The notes beneath the pieces are model-generated. The model was not told the DNA's origin. It did no database searches and worked only from the letters and a program-made list of their open reading frames with translations. Below are positions 34,234 through 47,646 of a stretch of 64,000 nt of DNA, one piece after another. This DNA is from an uncultured beta proteobacterium (GTDB lineage Bacteria > Pseudomonadota > Gammaproteobacteria > Burkholderiales > Casimicrobiaceae): contig CAVTHP010000003.1 in the NCBI GenBank assembly GCA_963734515.1, positions 183,532 to 247,531 on the forward strand, written 5' to 3'. Position numbers and translations under genes: made by a program. Numbering within the stretch: the stretch's first letter is position 1; every line of letters begins with the position of its first letter.

Positions 34234-34692
34234 TCAACGGGTGACGGTCAGCTCGGTCCTCATGCCGGCGGCGTAGTGCCCCGACTCGTTGCAGAACAGC
34301 AGGTACTTGCCTGGCTTGAGGTTCAGCGTCAGCGTGCCCGAGTGACCGGGCGGAAGGTCGCCGACCTCGCCCAGCGAGTGCACCTTGTTCTCGTTCACCT
34401 CGGCGTTCTTGGCGTCGTAGGGCAGCGCCTTCTTGCCCGGGTCGTGCAGCACCAGGACCTCGTGCACCAGCGTTTTCGAAAGGTTGACCGCCTCCAGCTT
34501 GACGCTCCCGGCCTTGACCACATGGCGGTCGAGGACGATTTCCATGTTCTTGACCGCCGAGTCGGTCGAGGGGTCCTGGAGCTTCACGTGGATGACCTGG
34601 GTCGGAACCGCGGCGTGCCCGGACGCGGCGATCAGGAGAAGCAGGCTTGCCGCGGACGCTGCACTACGTGCGCTTCGATGTTGCCAGTTCAT
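34234..34692 (-). CDS. Periplasmic cupredoxin (type-1 copper)
   Basis: Signal peptide; HE...FCNESGHYAAGM ligand set. Confidence 0.82.
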   Translation of the reverse strand: MNWQHRSARSAASAASLLLLIAASGHAAVPTQVIHVKLQDPSTDSAVKNMEIVLDRHVVKAGSVKLEAVNLSKTLVHEVLVLHDPGKKALPYDAKNAEVNENKVHSLGEVGDLPPGHSGTLTLNLKPGKYLLFCNESGHYAAGMRTELTVTR

Positions 34693-34730
34693 GTGGGTCC
34701 TCTTTCGTGGTTGTTCCGCGGCGCAAACCC

Positions 34731-35345
34731 TCAGGCCGCGGGCGGGGCGGTGTCGGCGAACGACGGCCGCTTGCCGAGCTTCTCGGCCAGGCGGGCCAGG
34801 TTCGGATACAGCTCGCGCCAGGAAAGTTCCGCATGCCGCAGGTCGAGGTAGCCCAGCGCGCAGCCGGTCGCAATGTCGGCGAGCGAGCATGCCTCGCCGT
34901 AACACCATGCCCGGTCACCAAGCTCGCGCGCCAGCTCGGCGGTGCCGTCTTCGATCTTGCGCCGCTGGCGGTCGATCCACTCGCCGCTGCGCTGGGCTTC
35001 GGGACGCCGCCGCTCCATGACGATCGAAGCAGTCGCATCGCAGACGCCGTCGGCGAGCGCCTCCCATTTCTTGACGACGATCCGCTGGCGTGCGGGCTCC
35101 GGGATCAGGCGCGACACCGGGCTCACGAGGTCGATGTACTCGACGATCACGCGCGAGTCGTACAGGTGCATTCCGTCGTCGAGAACCAGCACCGGCAGCT
35201 TGCCGAGCGGATTCCATTCGTGCACCGGGTTGCCGGGATCCATCGGCGACATGTTGACCAGCTGGTACTCGATCTTCTTTTCGGCAAGCGCGATGCGCAC
35301 CTTGCGAGCGAAGGGGCTGGTCGGGGAGGCAATCAGTTTCAGCAC
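34731..35345 (-). CDS. Glutathione S-transferase family protein
   Basis: SPFARKV, NPLGKLP, DSRVI, SLADIA. Confidence 0.92.
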   Translation of the reverse strand: MLKLIASPTSPFARKVRIALAEKKIEYQLVNMSPMDPGNPVHEWNPLGKLPVLVLDDGMHLYDSRVIVEYIDLVSPVSRLIPEPARQRIVVKKWEALADGVCDATASIVMERRRPEAQRSGEWIDRQRRKIEDGTAELARELGDRAWCYGEACSLADIATGCALGYLDLRHAELSWRELYPNLARLAEKLGKRPSFADTAPPAA

Positions 35346-35484
35346 GAATGGGCGCGTCGGACGCGCGTTCTGGGATGGCGAAAATTATAGCATCGCGCCA
35401 TCGCGACTCCCGGCCGCGAAGCGCGCCCGCAGGTGTTGCGCGCAGCCCGTCCGACACGAAGCTCGGGCAGGCGCTGCGTGATAG

Positions 35485-36885
<1,401 letters not shown>

Positions 36886-37082
36886 GGCGCGCGCGCCACT
36901 CGGTGGCGCAGCGCACGGACCTTGCCGCGCCACCCGCTTCACGTCGACTGCGCCAATGGCACCCCGATGTCCAAATGTGCCCCGGTCGGTAGCTTCGTCG
37001 GCTTCGCATCGTCGGCCTCGAGCTCGCGCAGCCTTCAACCTGAGCGGAAGCACGCGAATCGCTGGCTATAATCGCCGTCAAG

Positions 37083-38138
37083 ATGGACTGGACGATCCCC
37101 AAGGGCGCCGGAAAGGAGGTATGCAGCTTCGTGAACAGGAAACCCCTCTACGATTCCGGAACCATCGCGTTCACCCTGCGGCAGATCGCACGACCGGTCG
37201 CCACACGGCCGACCGTAGACATGAACGAGCAGGTGGGCGCCGAACCCACTCCGGATGCGCGCGGGCCAATGCCGGTAGTGGTTGGTTGTCCCCGTTCCGG
37301 GACCACGCTGCTCACGGTAATGCTGGACAGTCATTCGCGGATCGCGATGCTGCCGGAGACCGCCTTCTTGCCGGAATTGCGAGTGCTGGCCGGGAAAGAG
37401 GGCGCCGCGCTCAGGCGCGACCTCTTCGTTTTGCTGACAACCGATCGATGGGGTGTCTCCAACTGGAACGACATCGGTATCGACAAGAACGCCTACTGGA
37501 GCAAGCTTTGTGCACTCCACACGTTTTCGGTGACCGGGGCATTGCGCTTGTTCTATGGCATGTACGCAGACCGCCTGGGCAAGCGTCTCTTCGGCGAAAA
37601 GACGCCCGCCGACACGCACTGCATGCCGCAGATCGAAGCGTATTTGCCTGAGGCGCGTTTCATACATATCATTCGCGACCCTCGCGACGTTGTCCTTTCG
37701 TTGCGCAGGACCAGCGTCGGACGAAGTGTCGAGGAGACTTCGCAGATCTGGGTCAGCATGGTTTCGATTGCGCGGGCCTCTGCAAATCGCGTCAGCCGCT
37801 ATCACGAAGTGCGCTATGAGGATCTGGTGCTCGACCCGGAAGCGGAGCTGCGCAGGATCTGCAACTTTCTGGAGCTTGACTACTCGCGGGAGATGTTGGA
37901 ATACCGCGGCAGCGGTGCCAGACACATTGCTCACCTTGGCGATCGTCTGCATGCGGATGGGAGCGCGATCGTGCCGCGCGAACTGCGCGCCCGATTGCAT
38001 GAGAATCTCGCGCACCCGCCGAGAAAGGATCGCGTACACAGTTGGCGCCGGGAAATGGACCCGCGCGACCGCGCAACCGTCGAAGCAGTCGCCGCGCCGC
38101 TCATGAAGGAGATCGGCTACGACATCCCGGCGGGGTGA
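37083..38138 (+). CDS. Sulfotransferase (start may be 37221)
   Basis: GCPRSGTT 5'-PSB loop; EKTP; IRDPRDVVLS; VRYEDLV. Confidence 0.88.
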   Translation: MDWTIPKGAGKEVCSFVNRKPLYDSGTIAFTLRQIARPVATRPTVDMNEQVGAEPTPDARGPMPVVVGCPRSGTTLLTVMLDSHSRIAMLPETAFLPELRVLAGKEGAALRRDLFVLLTTDRWGVSNWNDIGIDKNAYWSKLCALHTFSVTGALRLFYGMYADRLGKRLFGEKTPADTHCMPQIEAYLPEARFIHIIRDPRDVVLSLRRTSVGRSVEETSQIWVSMVSIARASANRVSRYHEVRYEDLVLDPEAELRRICNFLELDYSREMLEYRGSGARHIAHLGDRLHADGSAIVPRELRARLHENLAHPPRKDRVHSWRREMDPRDRATVEAVAAPLMKEIGYDIPAG

Positions 38139-38328
38139 CGCGCCTGCGTCGGCCCTGTCTGCGCGGCGATCCAGCGCACATGCAGGTTTGAGCAAGTTCC
38201 TGCCTGCCCGGCCAGCCGACAGCGCCGTCACGAGCAGCGAGGACGACGGCTGTGCACCTACGGTCCCGGGGACGGGCGGTCCGGGGCGGCCGTTGCCTGA
38301 TTCGGGCCGCCTCGTCACAATTGGAAGC

Positions 38329-38862
38329 ATGACGCGCTCACTTGCACTGCTTGGCTTGGTCGTGTTGTCGGTTTCCGGAAGCAGAACCTGGGCGACCAAC
38401 GGCTCCCCGACACACGCGAGGCCGCCGGCGACGATCACGATCCGGTCGCTTGGCGACACGGTGGTCAAGATGGCACTGGCGAAAGGCGTCTCGCCCGATG
38501 ACGCCGCGCAGTCCATGAAGCTGCGGGCCAATCTGCTGAACATGCACCTCGTCGCCGAGCTTCCGCTTTCCAGGCAGGTGAGCGCCATCACGGGAAAACC
38601 CTCGCCGTACGCCACCATTTTCCAGTTCTGCGATGTACTTACTGCGCGCGAGATGCTCGATTACAGCCTGGATTTCGCCGCCTACCTGCCGTGCCGCATC
38701 GCCCTGGTGGAGGACGACAAGGGGCAGGGCTGGCTCGTGATGATGGACCTCGACATGCTCCTGAACCTGGCCGACCTGAAGCCCGAGTTGAAGGCGAAGG
38801 CCATCGAGGTTCGCGACAAGCTGGAGGACATCATGCGTGCCGGCGCCAACGGGGATTTGTGA
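38329..38862 (+). CDS. Exported DUF302-domain protein
   Basis: Signal peptide; IFQFC...AAYLPCRIALVED. Confidence 0.78.
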   Translation: MTRSLALLGLVVLSVSGSRTWATNGSPTHARPPATITIRSLGDTVVKMALAKGVSPDDAAQSMKLRANLLNMHLVAELPLSRQVSAITGKPSPYATIFQFCDVLTAREMLDYSLDFAAYLPCRIALVEDDKGQGWLVMMDLDMLLNLADLKPELKAKAIEVRDKLEDIMRAGANGDL

Positions 38863-38937
38863 TCACGAAACCGCAGCAGCCGTCCTGCTCGTAGCAGTGC
38901 GGGTTGCCTCGGCGGTTCCGCGGAGCGCAGCGGCCAA

Positions 38938-39576
38938 TCAGCGGCGCCGGGCGCGCCGCTCGCGGAAGAATGTCGTCACCGCCGGGATCAGCGAAACGAT
39001 GACGATCGTGATCACGATCAGCGACAGGTTGCTCTTGACCCACGGGATGTTGCCGAACAGGTATCCCGCGTACACCAGCAGCCCGATCCAGAGGCAGCCG
39101 CCGATCACGTTGTACGACAGGAACCGGCGATACGGCATCCCGGCGACGCCGGCGAGAAACGGCGCGAACGTCCGGATGATCGGCACGAAGCGGCCGATGA
39201 TGATCGTGACCCCGCCGTAACGGTCGTAGAAGCCCTGCGTGCGCAGCAGGTACTCGCGCTTGAACCAGCGCGATTCCGGCTCGTGGAACACCCTCGGGCC
39301 GACGTAGCGGCCGACGCCGTAGTTGACCGAGTCGCCGATGATTGCCCCGAGCGCGAGGATCAGCGCCAGCACGTGGACATCGAGGCCGGCTACCGCCACC
39401 ACCGTTCCGGCGATGAACAGTATGGAGTCGCCGGGCAGGAATGGAAGCACGACGAGACCCGTCTCGGCGAAGATCACGAGAAACAGGATTGCGTAGAGCC
39501 AGGGGCCGTAGCTGCCTGCGAGGCTCGCGAGGGTCTGGTCGAGGGAGAGCAGCGAGTAGATGACGGTCGTCAGCAT
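38938..39576 (-). CDS. DedA family membrane protein
   Basis: FAETGL..PFLPGDS; GRFVPIIRTFAP. Confidence 0.92.
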   Translation of the reverse strand: MLTTVIYSLLSLDQTLASLAGSYGPWLYAILFLVIFAETGLVVLPFLPGDSILFIAGTVVAVAGLDVHVLALILALGAIIGDSVNYGVGRYVGPRVFHEPESRWFKREYLLRTQGFYDRYGGVTIIIGRFVPIIRTFAPFLAGVAGMPYRRFLSYNVIGGCLWIGLLVYAGYLFGNIPWVKSNLSLIVITIVIVSLIPAVTTFFRERRARRR

Positions 39577-39583
39577 CGCCGCC

Positions 39584-40693
39584 TCAGCCTGCCCACAATG
39601 CGGCCTGTTTGCGCACGACATCGGTCAGGGTGCCGGTGCCCGCGAATTGACCGCGCAGCCACGCTGCGTCGTTGCCCTGCGACAGGGTCGTGTGGAGCGC
39701 CGACAGCGCATCCTGTGCCCCGAGCATCGCAGCGTGCGGCGCGATCCTGTCGAGGGTTTCGCGAAGATCGTCGGCGAGCGGCCGCGAGCCGCCGGTGACC
39801 GGGTCCACCAGCGTCCCGGCAAAGCCGTGGCGGCAGGCGTGGAACCGGTTGTAGCTGTGCACCAGGTAGATGTCCGGCGAGATCTCCGGCCGCGTCTCCC
39901 ACAGCCAGCTCGCGAGCGCCTGTGCGAAGCCGGCGATCTGGGCGGCTCGGTCGACCGTGAGCGGCGTGTCGCAGACGCGGATCTCGACGGTGCCGTATTC
40001 GGGCTTGGGCCTGATGTCCCAGTAGAAATCCTTCATGCTCGCGACGATTCCGAGGTCGAACATCCGGTCGTAATAGCGGTTGAACTCGGCCCAGTCCTTC
40101 ACGAAAGGCATCGTGCCGGAAAGCGGAAATGCATTCACCACCGACAGCCGCGACGAGTCGAAAGCCGTATCGACGCCCTGGTAGAACGGGCTCGACGCGG
40201 CCAGCGCGATGAAATGCGGCACGTAGCGAATCAGCGCGAGGTTCAGGTAGATCGCATCGTCTGCGCTCGCGCAGCCGATGTGCACGTGCTGGCCGAACAC
40301 CGTGAACTGCTTGGCGAGGAACCCGTACTTCTCCGACACCGACAGGAAGCGCTCGGTCGGGTAGATCTTGCGCTCGCTCCACTTCTGGAACGGATGCGTG
40401 CCGCCACCCGCGATCGCGACGTTCATCTTGCGTGCATGCTTCGCCAGCACGTCGCGCGTGGCCAGCAGCTCGGCCAGGAGCTCCGGATAGCGCCGATGCA
40501 CCGACGTGTTGATCTCGACCATGCTCTGCGTGATTTCCGGCTTCAGCTCGCCCTGCGGAGCGTCGCGCGTCGCGCGCCGCAGGAGGTCGTCGGCGTCCGG
40601 TGCGAGGTTGAAATCGCGGGTGTTCACGAGCTGCAGCTCGAGCTCGACACCGAAGGTCAGCGCGTCGGAGGAGGTGAAATCGAGGGCGGGCAT
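39584..40693 (-). CDS. YbdK-family carboxylate-amine ligase
   Basis: FGVELELQ, GGTHPF, FGQHVHIG, WDIRP, EIRVCD. Confidence 0.9.
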   Translation of the reverse strand: MPALDFTSSDALTFGVELELQLVNTRDFNLAPDADDLLRRATRDAPQGELKPEITQSMVEINTSVHRRYPELLAELLATRDVLAKHARKMNVAIAGGGTHPFQKWSERKIYPTERFLSVSEKYGFLAKQFTVFGQHVHIGCASADDAIYLNLALIRYVPHFIALAASSPFYQGVDTAFDSSRLSVVNAFPLSGTMPFVKDWAEFNRYYDRMFDLGIVASMKDFYWDIRPKPEYGTVEIRVCDTPLTVDRAAQIAGFAQALASWLWETRPEISPDIYLVHSYNRFHACRHGFAGTLVDPVTGGSRPLADDLRETLDRIAPHAAMLGAQDALSALHTTLSQGNDAAWLRGQFAGTGTLTDVVRKQAALWAG

Positions 40694-40704
40694 CGCGGGT
40701 CGCG

Positions 40705-41919
40705 CTAATCGCGGGCGGCCGGCTCGCCCTCGCCGGCGCGGATCAGCGCGAAGCGCGTCGCGATCGGTCCGAGCAGGTAGAGGATCGCGATGCCGGAGAC
40801 GACGATCGCCGAAAGGCGCGCGCCGAATTCGGGCGCGATGTCGTAGATCGGCTGGGCGATGCCGATCGCGAGCCCCGTCATCGGTGTGAGCGCGAGTCCG
40901 AGCGTGGCGGCCTGGCGCGCCGAGATGTGCGCGGGCCACGCGAATGCGAACAGCGCGAGAGCCTTGCCGAGTCCGCGCGCGATGACGAACGCCAGGCCGA
41001 TCCAGGCAATCGCCCCGAACTGGTGGGGGTGCAGCGTTGCGCCGGTCAGCACGAACAGGACGACGAAGAAGAGCTGCGCTGCACGCCCGAAGTCGACGTC
41101 GACCAGCCGGTGCTCGCGATCGAGGTTGCGCGCGCAGGTGCCGAGCACCAGCAGCGCGAGCAGCACCGAGAGGCGGGAGACCTGGGCCACGCCGACGGTG
41201 ACGATGATCATGCCGACGGTCAGGATGAACTGCGGCGCGGGCGACTTGCCGATCAGGCGCGCGAACAGCGTGAACACGCGAAACGCGGCGTATCCCAGCA
41301 GGAACGACCCCGCGATGATCCACAGCGATCGCGCGACGGGATTCCACGATGCACCGCTCGCGCGCGCCTCGATGAACGGCAGGAGCACGGTGATTCCCAG
41401 CGTCGCGACGACATTGTTGAGCGCGACGTGCCACAGCATCCGTCGCGTGACGGGTCCGTCGGCCTTGAGCTCGTTGGTGACCAGCAGCACGACCGCCGGC
41501 GCAGTCGCGATGCCGATCATGGCGGCGACGGCAGCCTCGAGCGTGTCGATGCCGCCGGCGACGTGCAACAACGCGAACATCGCAACGAACGACAGCAGGC
41601 TTTCGGCGATTCCCATTGGCAGCAGCCACCGGTCGTGGCTCGCCCATTTGAGATCGAGCCGGCGGCCGAGGTCGAAGACGATCAGCCCGAGCGAGAACTC
41701 GGCGATGACGCGCGACTGGGCGAGCACGCCGGCATCGAGCCATCCGAGTCCGCCGGGCCCGAGCAGGAATCCGGTCGCGATGTAACCGGTGATGGCGGGG
41801 AGCACGCGCGTGGTCGCGGCGAGCCGGCCACCGAGCAGCCCCGCGAGCAGCAGCAAACCGAACACCAGGAAGCCGTTGGCTGCGGGCGGCCAGTGGGGAA
41901 GGAAATCCGTCGCGCTCAT
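40705..41919 (-). CDS. Cation:proton antiporter
   Basis: Multi-TM protein; GFLLGP, ATAPAVV. Confidence 0.8.
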   Translation of the reverse strand: MSATDFLPHWPPAANGFLVFGLLLLAGLLGGRLAATTRVLPAITGYIATGFLLGPGGLGWLDAGVLAQSRVIAEFSLGLIVFDLGRRLDLKWASHDRWLLPMGIAESLLSFVAMFALLHVAGGIDTLEAAVAAMIGIATAPAVVLLVTNELKADGPVTRRMLWHVALNNVVATLGITVLLPFIEARASGASWNPVARSLWIIAGSFLLGYAAFRVFTLFARLIGKSPAPQFILTVGMIIVTVGVAQVSRLSVLLALLVLGTCARNLDREHRLVDVDFGRAAQLFFVVLFVLTGATLHPHQFGAIAWIGLAFVIARGLGKALALFAFAWPAHISARQAATLGLALTPMTGLAIGIAQPIYDIAPEFGARLSAIVVSGIAILYLLGPIATRFALIRAGEGEPAARD

Positions 41920-41930
41920 GTCCGTTGCCC

Positions 41931-41968
41931 CCCTCTCCCGCGCGCGGGAGAGGGTCCGGGTGAGGGGG
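41931..41968. repeat. Short REP-like palindrome
   Basis: CCCTCTCCCGCGCGCGGGAGAGGG followed by GGGTGAGGGG, a common proteobacterial REP-type pattern. Confidence 0.7.
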
Positions 41969-41970
41969 TA

Positions 41971-42915
41971 TTACGGCAGGATCTTGTCACCGGCCATGCC
42001 GCGGTTCCGGTCGGGCTTGACCAGGTCCTCGCGGGAGACGCCGAGCCACATGACGAGCGACGCCATGACGAGCGCCGACGAATAGATGCCGAAGCAGATG
42101 CCGATCGCGAGCGCGAGCGAGAAATAATGCAGCGATTCGCCACCGAAGAAGAAGATCGACAGCACCATCAACAACGTGCAGCCGTGGGTGATGATGGTCC
42201 GCGACAGGGTGCTGGTGATCGCGCTGTCGATGACATGGGTGACCGAGGCCTTGCGCATCTTGCGGAAGTTCTCGCGGATCCGGTCGGCGATGACGACCGA
42301 CTCGTTGACCGAATAGCCGAGGACTGCGAGCACGGCCGCCAGCACCGGCAGCGAGAATTCCCAGTGGAAGAACGCGAAGAACCCGAGGATGATGACGACG
42401 TCGTGCAGGTTGGCCACGATCGCGGCGACGGCAAAGCGCCATTCGAAGCGCAACGCGAGATAGATTACGATGCCGAACGACACCAGCAGCAGTGCGAGCG
42501 CGCCGTTCTGGTAGAGCTCCTTGCCGACCTGCGGGCCGACGAATTCCACGCGCCGCTGTGTCGCCGCAGGATCGTCTGCCTTGAGGGCCGCCATCACGCG
42601 GTCGGAAAGCTGCGCGCTGGACACGCCCTTCTGCAGCGGGAGCCGGATCAGCGCGGTGTCCGACGCGCCGAAGCTCTGGGCCGAGGCCTCGCTGCCGAGT
42701 CCGAGCTTGTCGAGCGCCGCCCGGAGGCGGCCGAAATCGACCGCGTGCCCGTAGTTCACCTCGATCACGGTGCCGCCGCGGAAGTCGACGCCCAGGTTCA
42801 GTCCCCTGACGCTGAGGAACACGATCGCGGCGATGAAGGTGAGCAACGATATGACGTTGAACACCAGCGCGTGCCGCATGAAGGGGATGTCGCGCGTAAT
42901 GCGGAAGAATTCCAT
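41971..42915 (-). CDS. secF: Protein translocase subunit SecF
   Basis: GVDFRGG, VGPQVG, GYSVNE..VIADRIRE. Confidence 0.96.
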   Translation of the reverse strand: MEFFRITRDIPFMRHALVFNVISLLTFIAAIVFLSVRGLNLGVDFRGGTVIEVNYGHAVDFGRLRAALDKLGLGSEASAQSFGASDTALIRLPLQKGVSSAQLSDRVMAALKADDPAATQRRVEFVGPQVGKELYQNGALALLLVSFGIVIYLALRFEWRFAVAAIVANLHDVVIILGFFAFFHWEFSLPVLAAVLAVLGYSVNESVVIADRIRENFRKMRKASVTHVIDSAITSTLSRTIITHGCTLLMVLSIFFFGGESLHYFSLALAIGICFGIYSSALVMASLVMWLGVSREDLVKPDRNRGMAGDKILP

Positions 42916-42953
42916 GGTCGCGTTCCGGGTGGCTCAGGGACGAGTGGCTTCAA

Positions 42954-44822
42954 TCACGACTTGGCTGCGGCCGTCGCCTTGGACGTCGGGTGCCACACCT
43001 GGCCGATCGATATGTGATCGAGCTTGCGGCGCCCGCCGTAGATCAGTGCGACGATGCCGCGCGAGACGAACACGGCCGAGAACATCGAGGTGAGGATGCC
43101 GAGGACATGGACGACGGCGAAGCCCTTGACCGGTCCGGTTCCGAAAGCGAACAGCGCGATGCCGGCGATCATCGTTGTGACGTTCGAGTCCAGGATCGTC
43201 CCCCACGCCCGCTCGTAGCCGGCCTGGATCGCCGCATGCGGCGTCGAGCCCCAGCGCAACTCCTCGCGGATGCGCTCGTTGATCAGCACGTTGGCGTCGA
43301 TCGCCATGCCGAGCGTCAGCGCGATCGCCGCCATGCCCGGCAGCGTCAGCGTCGCCTGCAGCATCGAGAGGATCGCGATCAGCAGCATCAGGTTGATGAC
43401 CAGCGCGATCGTCGAGATCACGCCCATCAGCATGTAATAAGCGCAGATGAACACCGCCAGCACGACGAAACCGTACTTGACCGAGTCGAAGCCCTTGGTG
43501 ATGTTCTCCTTGCCCAGCGACGGCCCGACGGTGCGCTCCTCGACGATTTCCATCGGTGCCGCCAGGGCGCCCGCGCGCATCAGCAGCGCGATGTCGTTCG
43601 CTTCGCGCGATGACATGCGACCGCTGATCTGCACGCGGCCGCCGCCGATTTCCTCGCGGATCACGGGTGCCGTGATGACCTCGGACTTGCCCTTTTCGAT
43701 CAGCAGGATGGCCATCCGCTTGCCGACGTTGTCGCGGGTGACTTCCTTGAAGATCCGCGCGCCGGTGGGATCGAGGTCCACGTGGACCGCCGGTTCGCCG
43801 CTCTGCGGATCGAATCCCGACTGTGCGTCGCTGATGCGATCGCCGGTCAGCACGACCTGCTTCTGAATGAGAATCGGCTGGCCGTTGCGGTCGGTCAGCA
43901 GGTCGCTGCCGAAGGGCACCGAGCCCCCGACTGCCGCCTCGAGCGCGCCGGGGTCCTCGTTGACCATCCGGATCTCGAGCGTCGCGGTGCGGCCGAGGAT
44001 GTCCTTCGCGCGCGCCGTGTCCTGGACGCCGGGCAGCTGGACGACGACCCGGTCCGTTCCGGCCTGCTGGATGATCGGCTCGGCGACGCCGAGCTCGTTG
44101 ACGCGGTTGCGCAGGATCGTGATGTTCTGCTGGACCGCGCTCTCCTGGATGCGCGTTTGCGCCGGCGGCGAGAGCCCCGCGACCAGCCGCAGGTCACCGC
44201 CCGCGGCGTCCTGCTCGCGCACCTGGAGGTCGGGAAACGCCTTCTCGATCTCGAAGCGCGCCTTGCTGCGGTCGTTGCTGTCCTTGAACCGGAGCACGAC
44301 GTTCGAGCCTTCGCGCCCGACCCCAGAGTAGATGACCTTCTTCTCCCGCATCAGCGAGCGGATGTCGGTCGTGTAACGGTCAGCCGCCTTGTCGAGCGCA
44401 GCCTTCATGTCGACCTGCAACAGGAAATGCACGCCGCCGCGCAGGTCGAGGCCGAGGTACATCGGAAGCGCACCGATCGACGCGAGCCAGTGGGGCGACG
44501 ACGAAAGCAGGTTGAGCGCGACGATATAGTTGTCGCCGAGCTTGGATTGCAGCAGGTCCTTGGCGCGGAGCTGCGTGTCGTAGTCGTTGAAGCGCACCTT
44601 GATGCCCACCGGGTCGAGCTCGGTGCCGCGGTACGCGATGTTCGCCGACTTCAGCGTGTCCTCGATCGTGCCGAGCAGCGCGTTGTCGATCTTGACCGCC
44701 GACTTCGATGACGATATCTGGACCGCCGGCACCTCGGGGAAGAAGTTGGGCAGCGTGTAGAGCATGCCCACGACCAGCGCGACAGCAATGACGATGTACT
44801 TCCAGAGCGGATACCGGTTCAT
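42954..44822 (-). CDS. secD: Protein translocase subunit SecD
   Basis: LGLDLRGG, NELGVAEP, GMAIDANVLI. Confidence 0.97.
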   Translation of the reverse strand: MNRYPLWKYIVIAVALVVGMLYTLPNFFPEVPAVQISSSKSAVKIDNALLGTIEDTLKSANIAYRGTELDPVGIKVRFNDYDTQLRAKDLLQSKLGDNYIVALNLLSSSPHWLASIGALPMYLGLDLRGGVHFLLQVDMKAALDKAADRYTTDIRSLMREKKVIYSGVGREGSNVVLRFKDSNDRSKARFEIEKAFPDLQVREQDAAGGDLRLVAGLSPPAQTRIQESAVQQNITILRNRVNELGVAEPIIQQAGTDRVVVQLPGVQDTARAKDILGRTATLEIRMVNEDPGALEAAVGGSVPFGSDLLTDRNGQPILIQKQVVLTGDRISDAQSGFDPQSGEPAVHVDLDPTGARIFKEVTRDNVGKRMAILLIEKGKSEVITAPVIREEIGGGRVQISGRMSSREANDIALLMRAGALAAPMEIVEERTVGPSLGKENITKGFDSVKYGFVVLAVFICAYYMLMGVISTIALVINLMLLIAILSMLQATLTLPGMAAIALTLGMAIDANVLINERIREELRWGSTPHAAIQAGYERAWGTILDSNVTTMIAGIALFAFGTGPVKGFAVVHVLGILTSMFSAVFVSRGIVALIYGGRRKLDHISIGQVWHPTSKATAAAKS

Positions 44823-44879
44823 GGGCGGGCAGTGACGGGAGGCGAGGGGCGGGGTGCTGGGGCAGGGGTTTCCGCCGTC

Positions 44880-45209
44880 CTACTGGAGTCCCTTGATCGT
44901 GCCCTTGGGCAAAAGTTGCGCGATTGCCGTGCGCTGCACGATCATCTGCGCATTGGGGCCGGTCTCGACGGTCGCGTACTGCTCGTCGAGCTTGACGATG
45001 CGCCCGAGGATGCCGCCCGACGTGATGACCTCGTTGCCTTTCTCGAGGGCGGCGAGCATCGCGCGCGCTTCCTTCTGCTTCTTCTGCTGCGGACGGATCA
45101 GCAGGAAATAGAAGACGACGAAGATCGCGACCATCGGGAGGAAGGTCAGCAGGGTGTTTTCCTGGCTTGCGGCGCCTGCCGCCTGTGCATAAGCGGGAGT
45201 GATGAGCAC
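44880..45209 (-). CDS. yajC: Preprotein translocase subunit YajC
   Basis: FYFLLIRPQQK, TSGGILG. Confidence 0.95.
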   Translation of the reverse strand: MLITPAYAQAAGAASQENTLLTFLPMVAIFVVFYFLLIRPQQKKQKEARAMLAALEKGNEVITSGGILGRIVKLDEQYATVETGPNAQMIVQRTAIAQLLPKGTIKGLQ

Positions 45210-45319
45210 GTTGGGGTCTCCGGTGGCGATGACAGGGATTCTTGCGGCCGCGCGAGGCTTCGATGGGTGGAGCCCTGCGAGCGCGACCAGCCCCCGGGAG
45301 GGGCAGTCAGTTCAGCTTC

Positions 45320-47369
<2,050 letters not shown>

Positions 47370-47646
47370 GGTGATCGGCGCAGCGGCGCGCAAAACTCGC
47401 TGCCGCCGTAGGATTCCAGATGGTTTGCACACTAGCGGATGGCGGGCGTTTTGCCAATCGAAACCACGATGCGGGTGCCGATCGGGGACCGCCGATGTGT
47501 TGCAGGTCCGGCAGTCAATGCGCGTTTGTCGCCGTATGGCGACGTTTTGACATGCTTGTGGCGTTGGGCGAGGCGGGAGCCCGACCATTGCCGGGCCACG
47601 GGCGCCGCGGCGGCCGCCGCTCGATGCCGCCTGCCCGGCGCGTCGG

